Positions 18,058 through 30,323 of a DNA stretch of 64,000 nt are shown here, one piece after another. Under the pieces are notes generated by a model, which did not search any database, was not told the DNA's origin, and saw only the letters and a program-made list of their open reading frames with translations. The stretch comes from an uncultured Acidobacteriota bacterium (GTDB taxonomy: Bacteria > Acidobacteriota > CAIWXX01): positions 974 to 64,973 of the forward strand of contig CAIWXX010000003.1 of NCBI GenBank assembly GCA_903916735.1, in the 5' to 3' direction. The position numbers and the translations under genes were made by a program. The first letter of the stretch is position 1, and each line of letters starts with the position of its first letter.

Positions 18058-19734
18058 GTGAATCGCGAAGGCAACAATACGGGTCACATCTCCAGTATCG
18101 CTCCGTCTTCGACTCGGCCTCCGCGAAGATACATCCTCTGTGTCGATGATGAACAGGCGGTCCTCAATCAGCTGATTCATCAGTTGACGCGCCGGTTTGG
18201 GAAGACTCATCGGGTGGAGGGGGCGGAGAGTGCCGAAGAGGCGATACGATTGATCGAGGAATTTTCGAAAGAGGGGAACCGCGTCGAGATGGTGATCTGC
18301 GATCAGATCATGCCCGGTATGCGGGGCGACCGATTCCTTGAAATTATCAATCGGAAGCATCCTGATGTGATCCGGATCTTGCTCACAGGCCACGCAGGCC
18401 TTGATTCAGCGACCTATGCCATCAATCATGCGGCGCTCCACAAATACATCGAAAAGCCCTGGGATGTGGAAGATCTGAGTTTGACGATCCAGAACCTGCT
18501 GACACAGTATTCGCTGAACCAGGAACTCAAGAATTACCATCGCGAGCTCGAACGGAAAAACGCCAGCTTGCGGTCGCTGCAGACTCTCGGTTTGAAGCTG
18601 GCGGCAGTGCACGAGATTGAAGCCGTGCCGCCGGCCATTGTGGAGTGCGCTCTGAAGATCGCGACCGGCTGCCATGTGGGGCTTTTTATTTCGGGCAACG
18701 CCTTGCGCACAAATGTGAATTCTTGGACCTTCTCACCAAGATTACACATTGACGATGTGAATCGGGAACACATCAGTGAAAGGCTCATCCAGGAGGATGC
18801 TCCCGATTCCATCCGCCGGCCATTTTATGAAATGAGCCTGCTTCTGCTTCCTGATCAGGAGAAGGGATCCGAGGCGGCCGAGACGGTCCTCATTGTATTC
18901 CCGGTGCGTACCAAGGAACGGCTCTACGGCGCTCTCATCTGCATCGATGAATGCTGTCGTGCCATGACGACATCGGATCTCGAGATTCTAAATATCCTTA
19001 CCAACCAGACCTCCATCGCTCTTGAAAATAAATTGCTGCTCGAACAGCGGATCCGGTCGGAAAAGCTTGCAGGTATCGGGCATATGGTTTCGACCATCAC
19101 TCATGACTACCGGACGCCCATGACGGTCGTGAAGGGATATGCGGAGATGCTGGAGACTGAGGAGCTGCCGGCCTCGGAGGCACAGAAGTTTGGGGCTCTC
19201 ATCGGCCGCGAAATCGATCGGATGGAAAGCATGATCGAGGAGCTCCTGGATTTTGTTCGTGGAGCAAAGGGTGAAGTGCGGCTGGCGCCATGCACTCTGC
19301 AGGGCGTCGTCGACGAAGTACGGGCGGCGTTTGAGCAGCAATTCAAATTGGCTGGAGTGGCAATGGAAATGAATTTCCCCGATCCCGGCGCGATCAAGGG
19401 AGATCCCGAAAAGCTGAAGCGCGCTTTCATCAACCTGACCAAAAATGCGTTGGATGCCATGCCGAACGGCGGAACGCTCCGTCTCGATCTGGAACCAGAT
19501 GGAAATTATTATCGCCTGAATATCTCGGATACCGGTCTGGGAATTCCAAAAGAAGCGTTGCCCCGAGTATTTGAGCCCTTTTTCAGCAAAGGGAAGGTGC
19601 ATGGATTGGGGCTTGGCACGACCATCGCCAGAAGCATCATCGAGGAACATGGCGGCGGGATTACGGTGGCGAGCGAGCCCGGCATCGGGACGACCTTCAC
19701 GGTATCGTTTCCTCGACTCCTCGTAGCCTCATAA
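18058..19734 (+). CDS. Cytoplasmic hybrid kinase: receiver-GAF-HisKA-HATPase
   Basis: ILCVDDE, ICDQIMPG, LLTG, IEKPW; H-box THDYRTP; DTGLGIP, GLGLG. Confidence 0.92.
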   Translation: MNREGNNTGHISSIAPSSTRPPRRYILCVDDEQAVLNQLIHQLTRRFGKTHRVEGAESAEEAIRLIEEFSKEGNRVEMVICDQIMPGMRGDRFLEIINRKHPDVIRILLTGHAGLDSATYAINHAALHKYIEKPWDVEDLSLTIQNLLTQYSLNQELKNYHRELERKNASLRSLQTLGLKLAAVHEIEAVPPAIVECALKIATGCHVGLFISGNALRTNVNSWTFSPRLHIDDVNREHISERLIQEDAPDSIRRPFYEMSLLLLPDQEKGSEAAETVLIVFPVRTKERLYGALICIDECCRAMTTSDLEILNILTNQTSIALENKLLLEQRIRSEKLAGIGHMVSTITHDYRTPMTVVKGYAEMLETEELPASEAQKFGALIGREIDRMESMIEELLDFVRGAKGEVRLAPCTLQGVVDEVRAAFEQQFKLAGVAMEMNFPDPGAIKGDPEKLKRAFINLTKNALDAMPNGGTLRLDLEPDGNYYRLNISDTGLGIPKEALPRVFEPFFSKGKVHGLGLGTTIARSIIEEHGGGITVASEPGIGTTFTVSFPRLLVAS

Positions 19735-20176
19735 GCTCCCTCCTGCACAAGCCTCCCTCTCAGGAGGCCGATTGAATCCTCGGGATGACCTGCCGGCCCC
19801 TCCCGGCGGCTCTCTGAAAGGAGATCGTTGCCCAAGCGACGACATCCAAAAATATTTCGGATGGCGGTCGTTTTTGGTCATGGCAGGGTCGATTCGACGT
19901 CGACGCTTTTATCAAATTTTCTTGGCCTTTCAGGGTCTTTTTTTCGCTGTTTCGTAGTATGATGAATTGGGTTATTCGGGTACGATAACGACCGCGGAAT
20001 TTGATTGATGGATGAGCCAACAAGGGATGCGCCGATACGGAGAAAGGTTCAAAAATCATTAAGCTCGTGTTGCCCACGACCATGAGGATGATGCCGCCCG
20101 CACAGAAACAGAAGATTCGAGCACAGGATCACTGTATCCTTCGAAAGAAGATCAAGACCTTGCAGAGGAGAAACTC

Positions 20177-21496
20177 ATGTATTGGCTCAGCAAGAGTTTC
20201 CATCTGCTAAATCGCGCTCAGCGACGATTCTTCATCTTCCTCGCTGTCCTCGGCCCGGGCATCATCACAATGGTGGCGGATAATGATGCCGGCGGTATTT
20301 CGACTTATGCCGTCACGGGATCGAAATACGGCTTCAGCTTACTCTGGGTCTTCTTTATTCTTGTGCCGATGGCCTATTACGTGCAGGAGATGACAGTGCG
20401 GTTGGGAGCGGTCACCAAGCGTGGACATGCGGAAGCCATTTTCGATGGATTTGGGAAATTCTGGGGCTGGTTTTCGCTTGTTGACCTTGCGATCGTGAAT
20501 TGGATGACTCTTGTCACGGAGTATATCGGCATGACAGCGGCCATGAGTCTCTTTGGTGTGCCGCCGCTGTTGACGTACATCGCCGTCTCCATCGTGTTGT
20601 TTGTCGTTGTCCTCTCGGGTAAATATTGGACGTTTGAACGGTTGACACTCCTCTTCTGTGCCTTCAACCTTGTTTATGTCCCAGCTGCTTTCTGGGCGAT
20701 GAAAACGCCGACGGCGCCGGGATGGGGCGCTGTGTTTGAAGGGCTCTTCTTGCCTCATCTTACCGGCGGACTCACCGGCGATCTCCTCTTCATCATTCTG
20801 GCCAACATCGGCACGACAATCACCCCGTGGCAGATCTTTTTCCAGCAGAGCGCTGTTGTTGACAAAGGGCTCGATATTCATGATGTTAAATTCGGCAAGG
20901 TTGATACGTTCGTCGGATCGCTCATCACATGTATCGTCGCTGCTTTCATTATCATCACAACGGGCGCCGCGCTTTTTCATCATGTGCCTCAAATTATCAT
21001 TGAAGATGCGAAACAAACGGCTGAGGCACTGGTCCCCTTGCTGCCCGCCGGTCATGGGCAATTGGCACGCACACTTTTCGCCATCGGCTTATTCGATGCC
21101 GGCTTTCTGGGCGCACTCTGCATCTCCCTGTCAACATCATGGGCCGTGGGTGAAGTCTTCGGCTGGGCTCATTCGCTCAACAAGAGTGTTAAGGATGCTC
21201 CGTGGTTCTATGTCATCTACCTTGTGATGCTGCTGACGGCCGGGGCTGTCGTGCTCATACCGAATGCGCCTCTCATCATGATCACAATGTTTGTGCAGGT
21301 TGTCGCCGTAACTCTGCTTCCATCGGCGCTCGTTTTCCTCATTCTCATTCTCAATGAGCCGGCGTTCGTCGGCGATCACGTCAACACGCGCTGGCAGAAC
21401 ATTGTCAATTGTTCGATTGTGCTCTTCGTGACCATCATGTCAACACTGTTCGCGGTGAGCACGCTCTTCCCGGAATGGTTGAATGTTTCTAAATAG
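20177..21496 (+). CDS. Nramp-related divalent cation transporter, Mg2+-type (NRMT-like)
   Basis: GPGII..ADNDAGGISTY instead of DPGN; TM6 GTTITPW; multiple TM helices; GAGGAG RBS. Confidence 0.9.
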   Translation: MYWLSKSFHLLNRAQRRFFIFLAVLGPGIITMVADNDAGGISTYAVTGSKYGFSLLWVFFILVPMAYYVQEMTVRLGAVTKRGHAEAIFDGFGKFWGWFSLVDLAIVNWMTLVTEYIGMTAAMSLFGVPPLLTYIAVSIVLFVVVLSGKYWTFERLTLLFCAFNLVYVPAAFWAMKTPTAPGWGAVFEGLFLPHLTGGLTGDLLFIILANIGTTITPWQIFFQQSAVVDKGLDIHDVKFGKVDTFVGSLITCIVAAFIIITTGAALFHHVPQIIIEDAKQTAEALVPLLPAGHGQLARTLFAIGLFDAGFLGALCISLSTSWAVGEVFGWAHSLNKSVKDAPWFYVIYLVMLLTAGAVVLIPNAPLIMITMFVQVVAVTLLPSALVFLILILNEPAFVGDHVNTRWQNIVNCSIVLFVTIMSTLFAVSTLFPEWLNVSK

Positions 21497-21505
21497 GAGG
21501 CTGTG

Positions 21506-22783
21506 ATGGTTCAGCCCGTGGTTTCGCCGCAAAAGGCGCCCGATTACCGCTTCCTGTTTTTTTCAGAGCTCCTCAAGATGCCGGCCTGCGCCGGCAAGAT
21601 CACGGATCGCATCGGCCGTTTGTCGGATCTGGCCTTCATGCTCAAAGAGCCCTATCCCGAAGCAGTCGGAATTTTTATGGAATTCGGCTGGGGCAAGCCG
21701 ACGCAGTTCATTCCATGGGAGAGGGTTATCAAGATTGAGGAGGATGCGGTCTTTGTGAAACCTCCTGAGCCCGGCCCCACGTATCCGCCATTCGTCGATC
21801 AGCCCGGCTGGATCCTTGTCGACCAGCATCTCATGGGGCGTACCATCCTCGATATGGATGGGCGGCGGACTGAGGTGGTCAATGATGTTCATTTGCTCGA
21901 AACCAAAGGACATCTGCTCCTCGTCCACGTCGATACATCGTTCAACGGGATTGTTCGACGCTGGGGCCTGGGTGGCCTCAGGTGGATCGATGATCATTTC
22001 ATCTCCTGGAAGTATGTCCAGCCGCTGTCGGTTGAAGATGTGGTGACGACCGACAAGGTTTCGCTCTCCGTCACACGCCGGCAGTTGCGCGAGTTGCCAA
22101 GCGAAGATCTGGCGGATGTACTCGAAGAACTCAGCGGAGCCGAACAACAGGCGCTCTTCTCGGCACTCGATTCTGAAAAGGCCGCCCAGACGCTGATAGA
22201 AGCCGAACCGCGTGCTCAACGACAACTCATCGCCACATTACGCAAGGAACGCGCGCGAAATATCTTTTCAGAATTGTCGGTCGCCCAGCTTGCCGACATT
22301 TTTTCGGTGTTGCCACATGACCATAAGACGGAGCTGATCGAGCTGTTGCCGCCTGAAAGCGGCCGGCGGCTGCAGGCGATTCTCTCCGAACGGGAAGCCA
22401 CGGCGCGCGCTCTGATGTCGCCGGATTTCATCGCTGCTCAAAAAGAAGCAACCGTCGGGTCGATCATTCATCAGATCCGCACTTCAAATCGCGAACGCGA
22501 GGCAATCACGTACATATATGTCGTTGCCATCGATGGGCAGACGCTTCTGGGAGTGGTTGATCTGCGCGAGCTCATGCTGGCGCGGGATACGGCTACATTG
22601 GGCGATCTGATGCACTCGCCTGTTGTCGCGGCGGAAGAGGATGATTTACGCGATGACATTACGGAAATGTTCGCCAAGTATCACTATCGCATGATTCCGG
22701 TGGTTAATGCACAGGATCATATCCTAGGCGTCGTTCGCTATAACGAAATCATGAAAGGCCTTGTAACCAGGATCAAGGATTAG
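21506..22783 (+). CDS. Cytosolic MgtE-like protein (PRC-barrel-like, MgtE N-domain, CBS pair), no TM domain
   Basis: ILDMDGRRTEVVNDV, DLADVLEEL, YIYVV..LLGVVDLREL, IPVVN....LGVV. Confidence 0.88.
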   Translation: MVQPVVSPQKAPDYRFLFFSELLKMPACAGKITDRIGRLSDLAFMLKEPYPEAVGIFMEFGWGKPTQFIPWERVIKIEEDAVFVKPPEPGPTYPPFVDQPGWILVDQHLMGRTILDMDGRRTEVVNDVHLLETKGHLLLVHVDTSFNGIVRRWGLGGLRWIDDHFISWKYVQPLSVEDVVTTDKVSLSVTRRQLRELPSEDLADVLEELSGAEQQALFSALDSEKAAQTLIEAEPRAQRQLIATLRKERARNIFSELSVAQLADIFSVLPHDHKTELIELLPPESGRRLQAILSEREATARALMSPDFIAAQKEATVGSIIHQIRTSNREREAITYIYVVAIDGQTLLGVVDLRELMLARDTATLGDLMHSPVVAAEEDDLRDDITEMFAKYHYRMIPVVNAQDHILGVVRYNEIMKGLVTRIKD

Positions 22784-22792
22784 ACAAAGCCC

Positions 22793-22906
22793 ATGCCTCG
22801 CATCAAGATGACCCGTTTCGTGCGATTCGTCCTGTACTCTCTCAGGTTCTATCTTGTCGTCTTGCTCGCACTGCTGCTCATCAGGTTTCTGAGGATTTTT
22901 CATTGA
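22793..22906 (+). CDS. 37-aa single-TM peptide (not in the ORF track)
   Basis: MPRIKMTRFVRFVLYSLRFYLVVLLALLLIRFLRIFH, starting 9 nt after the upstream stop. Confidence 0.7.
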   Translation: MPRIKMTRFVRFVLYSLRFYLVVLLALLLIRFLRIFH

Positions 22907-23096
22907 GGGTCGGTTGAGCCGATACCGAGGATTTTCCGAGCAAGCCCGGTGAGTACGACCTTGTGCATGTCGACCGAAATTCGGCAATTCGTGATTGTAT
23001 AAGTGATTTTGGTATTAAGCACCTTCTTAAGATCAATGCCTTGTTTCAGCAGAGCGGCAAGTTTTATTATGGTTTGATAAGATACGGCGATCGTTG

Positions 23097-23858
23097 TTAT
23101 TTTTCTTGCCCATCGAGCCTCTTCCAACTGACAAGAGCGCGCATACCGAAAAGCGGAGAAATGATGGATGTGTGCCGGTCTATCCAGATAAGGGTTGGTG
23201 CGATACAAACAGGGAGTAGGTTGTGTTGATGGAAACCGAGGCTGAGGAGGTAGGCGAAGGAGTTAAGACGTTTTACCTGAGGCGCTGCAAAACCCATTTT
23301 GTGCCATGCCTTATCTGATGTCTCATGCACTATGCGCCATACCAGTGCTGAATTGCCGTCAAAGGGATCTTTGGCATCCGTGGATATATCAACGACCGGT
23401 GTCAATGGATTGACGGAGAGGGAGCAGCGTTCGTGGTGAAAAAAGCTGTAAATCGCATAAGAGAAAATGGTGATCCATGGCTCAATAAAAGCCATGCTTC
23501 CTCCTCGCCGAAGCACTCGCGCGGCATCCGCGAAAAATTCAGCTGGTCGTGATAGGTGATGCAGTAGATCCACTCCGATGATGGCATCGAGGCAACTATC
23601 CTTCAGCGGCAGGCTGAGTGCATCTGCCGTAAGGTTGTTCCACAGAGCCGGAATGATGTCGGCGGCTATCCATTTGACGTCTCCTCGGTGTTGGCGAGCG
23701 TAGGTGGAGAAGTAGCCAGGGCCGGCGCCAATCTCGAGAACCTTCGCTTTGGGCCGGATGGTGTCGAGCAAATCAGAGAACCATTGGGAGTAGATGTACT
23801 CCAAAACAGGTTTGCGTCGCCAGATCTTTCGATGATTCAGGAGACGGTCACAGCTCAT
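23097..23858 (-). CDS. Class I SAM-dependent methyltransferase
   Basis: VLEIGAGPG, DALSLP, DLLHHL, FIEPW. Confidence 0.88.
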   Translation of the reverse strand: MSCDRLLNHRKIWRRKPVLEYIYSQWFSDLLDTIRPKAKVLEIGAGPGYFSTYARQHRGDVKWIAADIIPALWNNLTADALSLPLKDSCLDAIIGVDLLHHLSRPAEFFADAARVLRRGGSMAFIEPWITIFSYAIYSFFHHERCSLSVNPLTPVVDISTDAKDPFDGNSALVWRIVHETSDKAWHKMGFAAPQVKRLNSFAYLLSLGFHQHNLLPVCIAPTLIWIDRHTSIISPLFGMRALVSWKRLDGQEK

Positions 23859-23866
23859 TTTGCAGG

Positions 23867-24628
23867 CTATCTTGTCGTCTGAGGCTTCCGTGCCGAGATA
23901 ATCATTGAACCCGCGATTTCGCGAATGAGAGGAAGATGCTCGAATAGCTTACCGAGAGCCGTGGCCCAACCGAGATATGCGACTGGAATGGACGGGTGAA
24001 GGAAATCGTAGGGACGCACGGAGACGTTGCAATATCCGAGCCGATGGAGGATGCGCGCACAATGAAAGCGTGTAAAGGCCATCTCGTCAGGTGAGATACC
24101 CCAGTGTGATCTGAAGGGCGCGAGATGGAACATCGCGAAAATCTGGGGATTGAGGAGGTTTGGCTCAGCGAAGGAGATGCGTCCGCCCGGCTTGAGGACT
24201 CGGAACACTTCGCGCAGAACAAGGTCGAGATCCAAGTGATGGAGAACCGAGCTCCCATAGACGGCATCGAATGTGAAGTCCGGAAATGGGAGTTGTTCGG
24301 CATTTCCACACTCTAGAAATATGCCCTGTCTACCAAACAGCCGATCACGTGCTTGAATCAGTAAATCCATCGAAAGATCAAGCCCGTGAAAGGCCTTACC
24401 AGCTTGTGCAACTTTTTCAAGAAAGAGTCCTGTTCCACAACCCAATTCAAGGGCTTGTTGGCCCGGGGTGAGATCTATGCCGAGGGCAAGGAGAGCGGCG
24501 CGGCGCTCGACACGCCGATGTCCTGCAGGTGAATTCCAGTTCCAGATGACCTCGGCACGCAGTGCGATTCGTCTATCGTGTTCACGTTCTCTCTGCAATC
24601 GATTGCCGGCCGATTCAGTGCGTGCCAC
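23867..24628 (-). CDS. Class I SAM-dependent methyltransferase
   Basis: ALELGCGTG, LPFPDFTFDAV..SVLHHL, LKPGG. Confidence 0.9.
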   Translation of the reverse strand: MARTESAGNRLQREREHDRRIALRAEVIWNWNSPAGHRRVERRAALLALGIDLTPGQQALELGCGTGLFLEKVAQAGKAFHGLDLSMDLLIQARDRLFGRQGIFLECGNAEQLPFPDFTFDAVYGSSVLHHLDLDLVLREVFRVLKPGGRISFAEPNLLNPQIFAMFHLAPFRSHWGISPDEMAFTRFHCARILHRLGYCNVSVRPYDFLHPSIPVAYLGWATALGKLFEHLPLIREIAGSMIISARKPQTTR

Positions 24629-24634
24629 GTGCTT

Positions 24635-27063
<2,429 letters not shown>

Positions 27064-27407
27064 CTAACATGTGGTCGTGGCAGCGGCAACCGACGAGATT
27101 AATAAATATCCATGCCTTCCAGTGAAATTCCTGGAAATTAATTAGCAAATTGGACAAAGCTTCTATTGTCTCAAAAGAGCCGATGTGCACCGCCCTCCCA
27201 GGGCCTCCTCTGTTGTATGAAGGTAAATCTCTCGCCGACGGTTCAGAGGGCAGGGCATGAGGATCGAGAGGCTCTTGTTGCGAAGAAGGTTGTAACCGAA
27301 TATACTCCCGCTTTCCAATTGGAGATATGGGCTCAACGAAGCATCATCCAGCCAAAGAATTCATCGAATCAAAATCGCTAAAGAAAGCCGCCCGGAAGGA
27401 GCGTTGG

Positions 27408-28790
27408 ATGAGAACCAGGCTGGCTCTTATCGCGATATTTTCACTTTCGCTGCTTCTCCATGTCCTTCTCGCACTCGTCAATCGCGAAGCCAATGATGAT
27501 CATCTGACAGTGATCGGATTCATTCAGATTGAAGGGTACTATCCGCACTTCGACGACTGTTGGGAGGGATTTCAACCGAAGCTCTACCATGCCTTCTGCG
27601 CCTGGACAGGAAGGCTTCTCGATATTAGGACATTGGATTCTGCATACATCGCGTTTCAGATGATCAACGTCATCGCAGGAATGATGACGCTCATGATTCT
27701 CTTCCTATTTCTGCAGGAACTTGCGATTCGCGATGATGTTCGTATTCTCAGTTTCGCCGGCATCGCTTTGAACCCGAAATTTATCGCCATCAATGCTCAA
27801 GTCACCAATGATTCCTTCGTTATTCTCTTTGGAACACTCACCATCTACTCGCTCTGGCGCTTTTTGCAAACAAGAGGAATGGCCGTAGGAATACTCATGA
27901 TCTGTGCCACGATTCTTGCTTGTCTTTCGAAGGTTACGGGCATTGTTGTCTTTCCAGGTGTACTACTTGTGCTCCTCATCACCTCATTGGCTCGGTGGTC
28001 CGATGTGGATGAGCGTAAGGCTTTTCTTAAGCCCCTAATCGTGTTGATTATTCTATTTCTTCTTATCGTGCCTTATTTCGGACAGTATTATTATAATTGG
28101 AAAACAACAGGTCACCCATTTGCGACGCCCATCGCGAAAAGCACGCCCGCTAAATTTTTTAAATATGTACCGGATCCGGCCTATAAAAACCGCCTCGGAG
28201 TCACAACGCTTCTGGAGTCATGGTTTACTTTCCGTTTTATTGATCTAATCCGCCATCCGTATATTACTCATGGAGTGGCAATCGAGCCCCGGCATCGCGC
28301 GTCTTTATGGACGCAGCTCTATGGCCATGCTTACTTCGCGCACTTTGATCAATTCCCTCTGAGTTGGCAAAACAGAGGTCGGTTTATTATGAATGTTGGA
28401 AGAACCATCTTCATACTCGCTCTCCTCCACTTCTTTCTCATGCTCATTGGAGGTGCCACAGTATTAAGGGGAACTGTGCGGGGTCTTTTGATGAATGGGC
28501 CGGCGTTTCTCGGACAGCAACGAAATTGGATCATGCAATTGTTCCTTGCAATTTTCATAGCGATGATACTTGGATTGACGTACAGCAATCGGGACTTCTC
28601 TGCGATGAAAGCGATCTATATATTCCCGGCAATGATCTGTTTCCTGCAATGCTTCACCGAAGGAAGCCAATGGCTTGTGCAGCGTATTGAAAAAAGGCGG
28701 CCTCTATTGATAGGTGTTTATGCCTGGTTTGTAGCTCTCTATGCCTTGTACACCGTGGATGTTACCTTTCTGATCGCTCAACTTGCCTAA
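27408..28790 (+). CDS. Polytopic GT-C fold glycosyltransferase (GT39/ArnT-like)
   Basis: About 11 TM helices; ANDDH and FQPKLYH loops; VTND motif. Confidence 0.7.
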   Translation: MRTRLALIAIFSLSLLLHVLLALVNREANDDHLTVIGFIQIEGYYPHFDDCWEGFQPKLYHAFCAWTGRLLDIRTLDSAYIAFQMINVIAGMMTLMILFLFLQELAIRDDVRILSFAGIALNPKFIAINAQVTNDSFVILFGTLTIYSLWRFLQTRGMAVGILMICATILACLSKVTGIVVFPGVLLVLLITSLARWSDVDERKAFLKPLIVLIILFLLIVPYFGQYYYNWKTTGHPFATPIAKSTPAKFFKYVPDPAYKNRLGVTTLLESWFTFRFIDLIRHPYITHGVAIEPRHRASLWTQLYGHAYFAHFDQFPLSWQNRGRFIMNVGRTIFILALLHFFLMLIGGATVLRGTVRGLLMNGPAFLGQQRNWIMQLFLAIFIAMILGLTYSNRDFSAMKAIYIFPAMICFLQCFTEGSQWLVQRIEKRRPLLIGVYAWFVALYALYTVDVTFLIAQLA

Positions 28791-29126
28791 TCTCGATTGT
28801 GCCCTTTCTGATACGACGAGGTTCTGCAGATCAGATATGGTCCAAAATCCCTGACTGGTGAGGTGATCGTTTTATGGATGTAGAGAAGGTTCAACGTTCT
28901 CGATATCCCGTTCGAGATTTCAGATTTCTACTGGAGGCGATGAATTGCCGGCGTCTTCGTCGATAGCAGGGACGGATGGGCGCTCAGCCCCTCTCGATGG
29001 GCGCGTTTTCGCCTTTGAATTTCGCATTTGCCCTTGACCTTCCCGAAATCCGTGATTCAGCCATCGATTTCGGTCAAGTGTTTCCTGCTTGCCCCACACA
29101 TTTCCTTTGATGGATAATAATCGTTT

Positions 29127-30323
29127 ATGGGTAATATTCTTCACCTTGATTGCTTTGGCGGCGTGAGCGGCGACATGCTGCTGGGCGCGCTCTTGGATTT
29201 GGATCCTGGGATTTTCCCGGTTTTCAGGGAGAAACTCATGCCGCTTGCCGGCGATATGCCGTGTGATATCAGGTTGGATCGTGTGGAACGCGCAGGGATA
29301 TCCGCAGCGAAAGCGATCGTCGACATTACTGGATCTGCTGAGTCGGCACAGAACTTTAATGAGGTTGTCGAACGCATTCGTCGGGCAGAGCAGCTTTCGG
29401 CCTCGGTGAGGGAACGAGCGGAGATGGCGTTCAGGCATCTCTTCGAAGCTGAAGCTGCCGTGCATGGCCGGCCTTTTGAAAAAATTCACCTTCACGAGGC
29501 AGGCGCCGCTGACGCTCTTATTGATATTTTGGGAACATTTCATCTCATCGAGTCGCATGATGTCACACACGTCACCAGCACACGACTCAATGTCGGCGGC
29601 GGGCTTGTCGAATGCCGTCATGGAACTCTTCCGGTGCCGGCGCCGGCCACAGCATCGCTGTTGCGTGGTTTTCCAGTGTATGCGGCCGGGCCTCTGATCG
29701 AACGCATCACCCCAACCGGTGCTGCGATTCTGCGGACATTAAATCCAGCCTTTCATGATTTCCCACGTTTCACTTATCGCCGGCTTGGACATGGTGCCGG
29801 TGATCGCGACACACCCGGATTCCCAAATATCCTGCGAGTTTTCATCGGCGAAGGCGCTCCAGTCGTTCCACTTGAAAAAATCGCTGCCATCGAGGCGACG
29901 ATCGATGACATGAGCGGCCAGGTTGCGGGTTATTTTCTCGATCGCGCAATGGCCTGCGGCGCCCTCGATGTCTATTTTACACCGATCTTCATGAAGAAAA
30001 ACCGCCCGGCAACCAAACTGACCTGCCTCTGTCCGCAGGCTCATCTGCAGGATATCATTCGGCTCTTTTTCGAAGAATCCACAACTCTCGGGTTGCGCGT
30101 CACCGAAATTGACCGGCTCTCTCTCGATCGCACGCACCAGGAAGTCGAAACGCCATGGGGCCGCGTCCGCATCAAGATCGGGAAACTCAACGGCGAAATC
30201 GTCAACTACCATCCTGAATATGAAGATTGTGCCGCTCTGGCTCGCACCGCTCGTGTCCCGCTCAAGAGGGTCCAGGCGGAAGCCATGGCGGCATTCTTGA
30301 GGAGTGACACTGATGAAAGATAA
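29127..30323 (+). CDS. larC: Nickel pincer cofactor biosynthesis protein LarC
   Basis: DCFGGVSGDMLLGAL, HLHEAG, HGTLPVPAPAT, TPTGAA, IDDM, MKKNRP, PEYEDC. Confidence 0.95.
   Translation: MGNILHLDCFGGVSGDMLLGALLDLDPGIFPVFREKLMPLAGDMPCDIRLDRVERAGISAAKAIVDITGSAESAQNFNEVVERIRRAEQLSASVRERAEMAFRHLFEAEAAVHGRPFEKIHLHEAGAADALIDILGTFHLIESHDVTHVTSTRLNVGGGLVECRHGTLPVPAPATASLLRGFPVYAAGPLIERITPTGAAILRTLNPAFHDFPRFTYRRLGHGAGDRDTPGFPNILRVFIGEGAPVVPLEKIAAIEATIDDMSGQVAGYFLDRAMACGALDVYFTPIFMKKNRPATKLTCLCPQAHLQDIIRLFFEESTTLGLRVTEIDRLSLDRTHQEVETPWGRVRIKIGKLNGEIVNYHPEYEDCAALARTARVPLKRVQAEAMAAFLRSDTDER

Noticed and set aside
19940..20176. Possible M-box (Mg2+) riboswitch upstream of the NRMT-like transporter
   Set aside because: I could not find the conserved M-box sequence blocks or a terminator; an Rfam scan would settle it.
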